Shown one piece after another: positions 57,360-64,000 of a DNA stretch of 64,000 bases. Below the pieces are notes generated by a model. The model saw nothing but the letters and a program-made list of their open reading frames with translations. It had not been told where the DNA came from and ran no database searches. The position numbers were made by a program, and so were the translations under genes. Every line of letters starts with the position of its first letter. Position 1 is the stretch's first letter. The stretch comes from Clostridiales bacterium (GTDB lineage: Bacteria > Bacillota > Clostridia > Oscillospirales > Oscillospiraceae): positions 20,805-84,804 of the forward strand of contig JALERU010000042.1 in NCBI GenBank assembly GCA_022764045.1, given 5' to 3'.

Positions 57360-57399
57360 AACCGCCGCCGCGAGAGCTCTCGCGGCGGCGGTTCCTTTT
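57360..57399. terminator. Bidirectional terminator
   Basis: aaccgccgccgcgaga / tctcgcggcggcggtt. Confidence 0.8.
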
Positions 57400-58270
57400 A
57401 TGGGGCCTGTTTCAGCTGGATCAAGACCACCTCGGGGCGGTTGTTGAACCGAAAGGGGAAGAGGCTGTTGCCAATGCCCCGGCTGACCACCATGCTGGTG
57501 GCCCCCTGGATGTAACATCCCCCGTCATATTTGGGGTGCAGCCCCTGGCCGGGGGCCAACAACCCGCCCACCCAGGGCAGCCGGAATTGGCCCCCGTGGG
57601 TGTGGCCGCTGAGGACCAGGTCCACCCCGCTTTCCCGGTAGACTGCAAACCATTCCGGCCGGTGGGAGAGCAGGATGATATAGGGGGCTTCCTGTCCCAC
57701 AAGCCCTTGCAGCTTGCCTCTCATCACCGTTTTCGCATCCCTCCGTAAATCGTCCCTCTGAAAGCTGGGGTCCTCCACCCCCAGTAAGGTGATCTCTGCC
57801 CCCGCACGCTGAATCGTAACTGCCTCATCGGTGAGGACAACAATTCCCCTGTCCCACAGCCCCTCCCTGAGCCTGCCGTACTCAGGCACCCGCGCCTCGT
57901 GGTTGCCCGGAACATAGTAGCAGGGTGCGATCTTCCCGGTTTCCGCCGCAAAGTCCAGGGCCACGGTGAGGTCAGTCCGGCGGGAGTCAATCAGGTCTCC
58001 GGTAATGGCGATGAGGTCCGGCCGGGCCCTTTCCAGCATCCAGAGGAGCTTTTTGTTTCCTTTCCCCAGTTGGGCATTGTGCAGGTCCGAAACCTGGGCA
58101 ATGCGATAGCCGGAAAATTGCTTTGGCAATTTCCCGCTGGAAAGGGTGTAAGTGGTCAGCACAAGGGCGGTGTTGCCCCAGGCGATCCAACCGGCCAGAG
58201 CCCCGGCGGCGAGGCCGCCCAGGGGAAGAAGCCCTGCTTTCAGAACCGTCTTTTTCATCCAATCTCTCAC
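57398..58270 (-). CDS. Membrane-anchored metallophosphoesterase
   Basis: SDLH, TGD, GNHE, LSH, SGHTHGG. Confidence 0.92.
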   Translation of the reverse strand: MRDWMKKTVLKAGLLPLGGLAAGALAGWIAWGNTALVLTTYTLSSGKLPKQFSGYRIAQVSDLHNAQLGKGNKKLLWMLERARPDLIAITGDLIDSRRTDLTVALDFAAETGKIAPCYYVPGNHEARVPEYGRLREGLWDRGIVVLTDEAVTIQRAGAEITLLGVEDPSFQRDDLRRDAKTVMRGKLQGLVGQEAPYIILLSHRPEWFAVYRESGVDLVLSGHTHGGQFRLPWVGGLLAPGQGLHPKYDGGCYIQGATSMVVSRGIGNSLFPFRFNNRPEVVLIQLKQAP

Positions 58271-58444
58271 TCCGTCATGTTTTTTCGTTTTGTTTTTTAA
58301 TCGCGCTCACTTTTAGTCCATTATAACACTGTGAAGTTTCCCCTTCAAACCTTTGCTCTCCGGCATAAAAAATTCTGTTTCCGAAAACCCTCTCATTGCA
58401 TCCCCCAAAAAATCGTGGTACCCTATGCCCAGGAGGTGACTTTT

Positions 58445-58924
58445 ATGGCAAAGGAAGACCAGAAGGATTTTAACGCCATGCTCCAGAAAAGCAACGGCAT
58501 GCCCAAGATCCAGATCGTCACGGACCCGAAGACCATTGAAAAATACGGCGGCAGCCGGATGTATTTCGCCCCGCCCCTGGCCTATGACCGGGCCATGAAG
58601 CAGGTGCCCCCAGGAAAGGTGATCACTGTGGGGGAGCTCCGCCGGCACTTTGCCGCCCTGGGGGGCGCCGACTTCACCGACCCCATCACCGCCGGCATCT
58701 TTGTCTCCATCGCCGCCTGGGCCAGCCACCAGCGGACCCAGGACAAGACGCCCTATTGGCGAACTCTGAAAGCGGGCGGCGAGCTCAACCCCAAGTACCC
58801 TGGCGGGATCGAAGCCCAGCGGGCCAAACTGGAGGCCGAGGGCCACACCATCGTGCAAAAGGGCCGGAAGACGCTCAAATACTTTGTCAAAGATTATGAA
58901 CAAGCCCTCTTTTCTCTGGCGTAG
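58445..58924 (+). CDS. MGMT/alkyltransferase-like family protein lacking the acceptor Cys
   Basis: VPPGKVITVGEL, TPYWR in place of PCHR, AQRAKLEAEG; GGAGG RBS. Confidence 0.75.
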   Translation: MAKEDQKDFNAMLQKSNGMPKIQIVTDPKTIEKYGGSRMYFAPPLAYDRAMKQVPPGKVITVGELRRHFAALGGADFTDPITAGIFVSIAAWASHQRTQDKTPYWRTLKAGGELNPKYPGGIEAQRAKLEAEGHTIVQKGRKTLKYFVKDYEQALFSLA

Positions 58925-58963
58925 CCCCCGCCACTTTGGGAGAGCAAAGCGTTAAATTCCCTC

Positions 58964-58992
58964 TTGACAACTGAGGAAAAGCGTGATAAAAT
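58964..58992 (+). promoter_or_regulatory. Sigma-A promoter of the aro operon
   Basis: TTGACA-17-TGaTAAAAT. Confidence 0.8.
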
Positions 58993-59023
58993 AGGCCAGT
59001 CATAAAGGAAGGAATGGTTTCTG

Positions 59024-59104
59024 ATGAACAAGCAGACCATCAACATGAACAGCGCATTCGCCTTTACCTACTATTACTTTATCACCTGCAAGGGAATAGA
59101 GTAA
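59024..59104 (+). CDS. Phe/Tyr-rich leader peptide MNKQTINMNSAFAFTYYYFITCKGIE
   Basis: AAGGAAGGA upstream; codons TTC GCC TTT ACC TAC TAT TAC TTT at 59057-59080. Confidence 0.8.
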   Translation: MNKQTINMNSAFAFTYYYFITCKGIE

Positions 59105-59160
59105 TGGCAATTTGTGCTGGATAAAACCCATGGTCCTTCTTTTTGAAGAAAGAGAACGAC

Positions 59161-59198
59161 ACGCCACACAGATTCCGTTCTGTGTGGCGTTTTTATTT
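59161..59198 (+). terminator. Attenuator terminator
   Basis: acgccacacaga / tctgtgtggcgt 12-bp stem + TTTTATTT, 60 nt before aroF. Confidence 0.85.
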
Positions 59199-59257
59199 GA
59201 CCAAATTCGCCCCCTGGAACACCCCCAGCGGAGCTTACATCGAAAGGAGTTTTTCTT

Positions 59258-60265
59258 ATGATCGCAGTCTTGAAACCCGGCGCCTCCCCCGAGCGCACCC
59301 AGCACCTGATCCACTGGCTGGAAGAGCAGAACTTAGGGGTCCATGTCTCCCAGGGAGAGTACCAGACCGTTCTGGGCCTCATCGGCAACACCGACAAGGT
59401 GGACATGGAGATGATCCAGAGCCTGGACATTGTGGAGACCGTCACTCGGGTCTCCGACCCCTTTAAGGCCGTCAACCGGAAGTTCCATCCCGACAACTCC
59501 ATCATCCAAGTGGGCCCCGCCGCCATCGGCGGCGGCCACTTCGCCCTCATCGCCGGCCCCTGCTCGGTGGAAACCGAAGACCAGATCACCTACGTGGCCC
59601 AGGAAGTGAAAAAGGCCGGAGCCACCTTCCTGCGGGGGGGCGCCTTCAAGCCCCGCACCTCCCCCTATGATTTCCAGGGCCTGGGCGCCGAGGGCATCCG
59701 CCTGCTGCTGGAGGCCAAGAAGGCCACCGGCCTGCCCATCGTCACCGAGCTTATGGACATCCGCAACCTGGACCTCTTTGAAGAAGTGGACGTGATCCAG
59801 GTGGGCGCCCGGAACACCCAGAACTTCGATATGCTCAAGGAGCTGGGGAAAACCAACAAGCCCATCCTCCTCAAGCGGGGCCTGGCCGGCACCATCAAGG
59901 AGCTGCTCATGAGCGCCGAGTACATCATGGCCAACGGCAATGAGAACGTCATTCTCTGCGAGCGGGGCATCCGCACTTATGAGTCCACCTACACCCGGAA
60001 CACCCTGGACCTGTCCGTGGTCCCCGTGCTCAAGGGCCTGACCCACCTGCCCGTGGTGGTGGACCCCAGCCACGCCACCGGCCACGCCAACCTGGTGGAG
60101 CCCATGGCCATGGCCGCCGCCGCCGCCGGGGCCGACGGCATTATGATCGAGGTCCACAACGATCCTCCCCACGCCCTGTGCGACGGCGCCCAGTCCCTGA
60201 CCCCGGAGGAATTCGCCCACACCGCCAAGAAGATCCTGAAGATCCGGGAGGCGATGGAGGGATGA
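59258..60265 (+). CDS. aroF: DAHP synthase (type I-beta with N-terminal regulatory domain)
   Basis: AGPCSVE, RGGAFKPRTSPY, QVGARN, KRG, CERGIR, DPSH. Confidence 0.93.
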   Translation: MIAVLKPGASPERTQHLIHWLEEQNLGVHVSQGEYQTVLGLIGNTDKVDMEMIQSLDIVETVTRVSDPFKAVNRKFHPDNSIIQVGPAAIGGGHFALIAGPCSVETEDQITYVAQEVKKAGATFLRGGAFKPRTSPYDFQGLGAEGIRLLLEAKKATGLPIVTELMDIRNLDLFEEVDVIQVGARNTQNFDMLKELGKTNKPILLKRGLAGTIKELLMSAEYIMANGNENVILCERGIRTYESTYTRNTLDLSVVPVLKGLTHLPVVVDPSHATGHANLVEPMAMAAAAAGADGIMIEVHNDPPHALCDGAQSLTPEEFAHTAKKILKIREAMEG

Positions 60266-61098
60266 CCGTCGGTATCATCGGCCTGGGCCTCATTGGAGGC
60301 TCCCTGGCCAAGGCCTTCCGCCGGACCGCCGGCATCACTGTTCTGGGCTGGGACACCGACAGCAGCATTGTCGAGTTCGCCGAGATCGCCCAGGCCATCC
60401 ACGGCCCCCTCACCGATGAGCGGCTGAAGGAGCTGGACCTTCTTCTCCTGGCCACCTACCCCGAGGCTGTGGTGGCCCACATGGAGCGCCTGGCCCCCCT
60501 GCTGGACAAGGACACCATGGTCATCGACTGTGCCGGCACCAAAGAGAAGGTCTGCTCCGGGGTCTTCCCCCTGGCAGAACAATACGGCTTTCCATTCCTG
60601 GGCGGCCACCCCATGGCGGGCACCCATTACTCCGGCTTCAAATACAGCCGGGCCGATCTCTTCGACGGCGCCCCCATGGTGATCGTGCCCCCCAACTTCG
60701 ACGACATCCGCCTGCTGGACAAGGCCAAGCGCCTGCTGGAGCCCGTGGGCTTCGGGCGGATCTCCATCACCACCGCCCGGGAGCATGACCAGCGCATCGC
60801 CTTTACCTCTCAGATGGCCCACGTGGTCTCCAACGCCTATATTAAAAGCCCCACCGCCCGCAGCCACGACGGTTTCTCCGCCGGCAGCTACAAGGACCTC
60901 ACCCGGGTGGCCTGGCTCAACCCCGCCATGTGGGCGGAGCTCTTTTTGGAAAACAAGGAAAACCTGCTCTTTGAGCTGGACACCCTCATCCAGAATCTGG
61001 AGCAGTACAAAAAGGCCATGGAGGCCGAAGACTTTGAAGCCCTCCGCCAGCTGCTGGACGAGGGCCGGCGGATCAAGGAGGAGGTGGACGGCCAGTGA
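60262..61098 (+). CDS. tyrA: Prephenate dehydrogenase
   Basis: IGLGLIGGS, GGHPMAG, HDQRIAFTSQMAH, LTRVA. Confidence 0.9.
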   Translation: MTVGIIGLGLIGGSLAKAFRRTAGITVLGWDTDSSIVEFAEIAQAIHGPLTDERLKELDLLLLATYPEAVVAHMERLAPLLDKDTMVIDCAGTKEKVCSGVFPLAEQYGFPFLGGHPMAGTHYSGFKYSRADLFDGAPMVIVPPNFDDIRLLDKAKRLLEPVGFGRISITTAREHDQRIAFTSQMAHVVSNAYIKSPTARSHDGFSAGSYKDLTRVAWLNPAMWAELFLENKENLLFELDTLIQNLEQYKKAMEAEDFEALRQLLDEGRRIKEEVDGQ

Positions 61099-62153
61099 CC
61101 ACTGTCACCGTGAAGGCCTCTCAGACCTATGAGGTCAAGATCGGCCACCGGCTGCTGGACACCCTGGGCCAGGAGGCCGCTGCCCTGCTGAAGGGCCGCC
61201 AGGCGGCCATTGTCTCCGACTCCAACGTAGCCCCCCTCTACCTGGACCGGGTCCGGGCCAGCCTGGAGGGGGCGGGTTTTCAGGTCTGCTCCTTCGTCTT
61301 CCCCGCGGGGGAGGAACACAAAAACGGCCAGACTTACCTGGACCTGCTGGAATTTCTGGCCCAGCGCCACATCACCCGGGCCGACGCCCTGGTGGCCCTG
61401 GGGGGCGGCGTGGTGGGGGACCTCACGGGCTTCGCCGCCGCCACCTTCCTGCGGGGGATCGCCTTTGTGCAGCTCCCCACCACCCTGCTGGCCGCCGTGG
61501 ACGCCTCTGTGGGGGGTAAGACCGCCATCGACCTGAAAAACGGCAAGAACCTGGCCGGGGCCTTTTACCAGCCCAAGGCCGTCCTGTGTGACCTGGACAC
61601 CCTGGCCACCCTCCCCCAGGCCGTCTTCGCCGACGGCTGCGCCGAGGTCATCAAATACGGCATGATCGGGGACCCCGGCCTGCTGGAGCAATTGGAGACC
61701 ACCGACTTTCAGGCCGACCCCGAGGCCATCGTCGCCCGGTGCATCGCCCAGAAGCGGGACCTGGTGGAGCAGGACGAGTTCGACACCGGAGCCCGGCAGC
61801 TGCTGAACCTGGGCCACACCGTGGGCCACGGCATTGAGGCCTGCAGCTCCTATCAGCTCTCCCACGGCAAGGCGGTGGCCATTGGCATGATCCTGGTCAC
61901 CCGGGCGGCGGTGGCCCTGGGCAAGTGCCCGGCGGAAGTCCTGCCCCGGCTGCAAGGGCTTGTGCGCAAATACGGCCTGCCGGAGGCCACGGAATACCCC
62001 GCCCGAGACCTTTATGAGAAAACCCTGTCGGACAAAAAGCGCGCCGGCAACACCATCTCCCTGGTGGTTCCCACCGCCTGGGGCAAGAGCCAGTTGACCC
62101 CCATCCCCGTGGCGGAACTGCTGGACTGGATCGAAAAGGGGCTGAGCCTATGA
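61095..62153 (+). CDS. aroB: 3-dehydroquinate synthase
   Basis: GEEHKN, GGGVVGD, PTTLLAAVDASVGGK, LNLGHT, HGKAV. Confidence 0.95.
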   Translation: MTTVTVKASQTYEVKIGHRLLDTLGQEAAALLKGRQAAIVSDSNVAPLYLDRVRASLEGAGFQVCSFVFPAGEEHKNGQTYLDLLEFLAQRHITRADALVALGGGVVGDLTGFAAATFLRGIAFVQLPTTLLAAVDASVGGKTAIDLKNGKNLAGAFYQPKAVLCDLDTLATLPQAVFADGCAEVIKYGMIGDPGLLEQLETTDFQADPEAIVARCIAQKRDLVEQDEFDTGARQLLNLGHTVGHGIEACSSYQLSHGKAVAIGMILVTRAAVALGKCPAEVLPRLQGLVRKYGLPEATEYPARDLYEKTLSDKKRAGNTISLVVPTAWGKSQLTPIPVAELLDWIEKGLSL

Positions 62154-63430
62154 CTGTCACCATCCAAGCCGGGTCTGCCACCGGCACCCTGGCCGCCATT
62201 CCCTCCAAGTCGGCGGCCCACCGGCTGCTCATCTGCGCCGCCCTGGCGGACAGACCCACCCAGGTCACCTGTCCCCAGAGCTCCCAGGACATCGCCGCCA
62301 CCATTCGGTGCCTCACCGGGCTGGGGGCAGACATCCAGCCTCGGGAGGACGGCTACCAGGTGACCCCCATCCCCCGGGACAAGCCTGCGGAGGCCTGCCT
62401 GCTGGACTGCGGGGAGAGCGGCTCTACCCTCCGCTTCCTGCTGCCTGTAGCGGGGGCTTTGGGCGCGGAAGCCACCTTCCAAATGGCCGGCCGGTTGGCC
62501 CAGCGGCCTATGGGGCCCCTCACCGACCAGCTCCAGGCCAACGGCTGCGCCATTGACTTAAAGGAAGGGGAAAAAACCTTGACCATCACCGGCCAGCTTC
62601 AGCCGGGAACCTATACTTTGCCGGGGGACGTCTCCTCCCAGTTCATCTCCGGCCTTCTCTTCGCCCTGCCCCTGCTGGGCCGGGCGAGCAAGCTGACGGT
62701 CACCGGCCAGCGGGAGTCGGCAAGCTATATTCGCCTCACCCTCCGGGCCCTGGCTGGCTTTGGGCTGACCCCCCAGGAAGAGGCCGACGGCTGGACCATT
62801 CCCGCCCAGAGCTACACCAGCCCGGGCCTGGTCCGGGTGGAGGGGGACTGGTCCAACGCCGCCCCCTGGCTGTGCCTGGGAGCCCTTGGGGGCGAGAGCG
62901 TCACCGTCAAGGGCATGGACCTGGACTCCCTCCAGGGAGACCGGAAGATCTGCCAGGTCCTCTCCCGCATGGGGGCCCGGATCAGCTGCACCGCCGGCCG
63001 GGTGACCTCCCTTCCGGGTCAGCGCACCCCCACCCACATCGACGCCCGGGACATCCCCGACCTGGTCCCCGTTCTGGCCGCCGTGGCCGCCGCCACCCCC
63101 GGCACCACCACCATTACCGGGGCCGCCCGGCTGCGGCTGAAGGAGTCCGACCGGCTGAAGACCACCGCCCGGACCCTGAACGCCCTGGGGGGCCAGGTGG
63201 AGGAGACCGAGGACGGCCTCGTCATCCACGGCAAAGCCCAGCTCACCGGCGGCACGGTGGACGCCGCCGGCGACCACCGGATCGCCATGGCCGCCGCCGT
63301 GGCCTCGGGGGCCTGCGCCGGTCCCGTCACCGTCACCGGGGCCCAGGCGGTGGAGAAATCCTACCCCACCTTCTGGCAAGAACTGCGGAAACTGGGAAAA
63401 TCCGTGGACGAAACCCCCGATCACCCTTGA
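62150..63430 (+). CDS. aroA: EPSP synthase
   Basis: SKSAAHR, CGESGSTLRF, SSQFISGLL, LRLKESDR, DHRIAM, KSYP. Confidence 0.95.
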   Translation: MTVTIQAGSATGTLAAIPSKSAAHRLLICAALADRPTQVTCPQSSQDIAATIRCLTGLGADIQPREDGYQVTPIPRDKPAEACLLDCGESGSTLRFLLPVAGALGAEATFQMAGRLAQRPMGPLTDQLQANGCAIDLKEGEKTLTITGQLQPGTYTLPGDVSSQFISGLLFALPLLGRASKLTVTGQRESASYIRLTLRALAGFGLTPQEEADGWTIPAQSYTSPGLVRVEGDWSNAAPWLCLGALGGESVTVKGMDLDSLQGDRKICQVLSRMGARISCTAGRVTSLPGQRTPTHIDARDIPDLVPVLAAVAAATPGTTTITGAARLRLKESDRLKTTARTLNALGGQVEETEDGLVIHGKAQLTGGTVDAAGDHRIAMAAAVASGACAGPVTVTGAQAVEKSYPTFWQELRKLGKSVDETPDHP

Positions 63431-63467
63431 CGGACCGCCCAGGATATTTCATAATGAGGACAGCGCT

Positions 63468-64000
63468 ATGAGCAGTATTTATCACGGTCAGCTGACCGTC
63501 TCCATCTTCGGCCAGTCCCACGCCCCGGCCATCGGGGTGACGGTGGACGGCTTGCCCGCCGGAGAGGCCATCGACTTAGAGGAGCTCCAGGCATTTCTCC
63601 GCCGCCGGGCCCCCGGCACCGGGGACTGGTCTACCCCCCGCAAGGAGGGGGACCAGCCGGAATTTCTCTCGGGCCTGGACCAGGGTCACACCTGTGGGGC
63701 CCCCCTGGCGGCCATCATCCGCAACACCAACACCCGGTCCAAGGATTACTCCAACCTGCGGGACATCCCCCGGCCCGGCCACGCCGACTTCACCGCCCAG
63801 GTGAAGTACGGCGGCTTCCAGGACGTGGCCGGCGGCGGCCACTTCTCCGGCCGCCTCACCGCCCCTCTGTGCATCGCCGGGGGGATCTGCAAGCAGATTT
63901 TAGCCCGCCAGGGGATTTATGTGGGGGCCCACATCGCCGCCATCGGCGGCATCCCCGACGCGCCCTATGACCCGGTGGACCTGACCCAAGAGGCCCTGCT
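63468..64000 (+). CDS. aroC: Chorismate synthase (5' part, runs off the window)
   Basis: IFGQSH, RRRAPG, RPGHAD, GGGHFSGRLT; absent from the ORF track because no stop codon lies in the window. Confidence 0.93.
   Translation, partial: MSSIYHGQLTVSIFGQSHAPAIGVTVDGLPAGEAIDLEELQAFLRRRAPGTGDWSTPRKEGDQPEFLSGLDQGHTCGAPLAAIIRNTNTRSKDYSNLRDIPRPGHADFTAQVKYGGFQDVAGGGHFSGRLTAPLCIAGGICKQILARQGIYVGAHIAAIGGIPDAPYDPVDLTQEAL

Noticed and set aside
59014-59124. Alternative leader ORF MVSDEQADH... in another frame
   Set aside because: Only 4 nt from the nearer SD-like element and no amino-acid enrichment relevant to the operon; the 59024 frame carries the F/Y cluster.
58993-59257. T-box riboswitch upstream of aroF
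   Set aside because: No GGTGGNACCGCG T-box core is visible and the leader is explained by a uORF plus alternative hairpins.

Overview
A GC-rich chromosomal segment from a spore-forming Clostridia bacterium. Gene content and style suggest Oscillospiraceae (inference, not a database result). Mostly housekeeping and accessory genes: dsdA; two stand-alone Spo0A C-terminal-domain genes; an ECF sigma/anti-sigma module with secreted proteins and an AT-richer NlpC/P60 island; rimO-pgsA; prmC-recA-recX; two two-component systems; kptA; tRNA-Leu, tRNA-Thr and tRNA-Tyr; a BlaI/M56 pair; an ABC exporter module; an SPFH operon; spoVAC; a LysR-controlled redox cluster; rpsF-ssb-rpsR; spoIIE; the pan-coaBC operon; and the start of an aroF-tyrA-aroB-aroA-aroC operon cut by the window end. 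No integrase, transposase, CRISPR array or rRNA is visible. The strongest unexplained signals are: (1) a 26-codon Phe/Tyr-rich leader peptide (FAFTYYYF) with three mutually exclusive hairpins in front of the aro operon, i.e. a ribosome-sensing attenuator rather than a T-box; (2) a secreted SLH-flavodoxin-cyclophilin-like-aldo/keto reductase fusion; (3) two families of multi-hairpin intergenic repeats with compensatory base changes and C-GNA-G loops; (4) self-consistent regulatory motifs (ECF promoter pair, OmpR-type boxes, 0A boxes, tandem pan leader hairpins). All calls were made by eye from the sequence and the ORF track; no searches or folding programs were run, and many start codons were re-assigned by RBS position.
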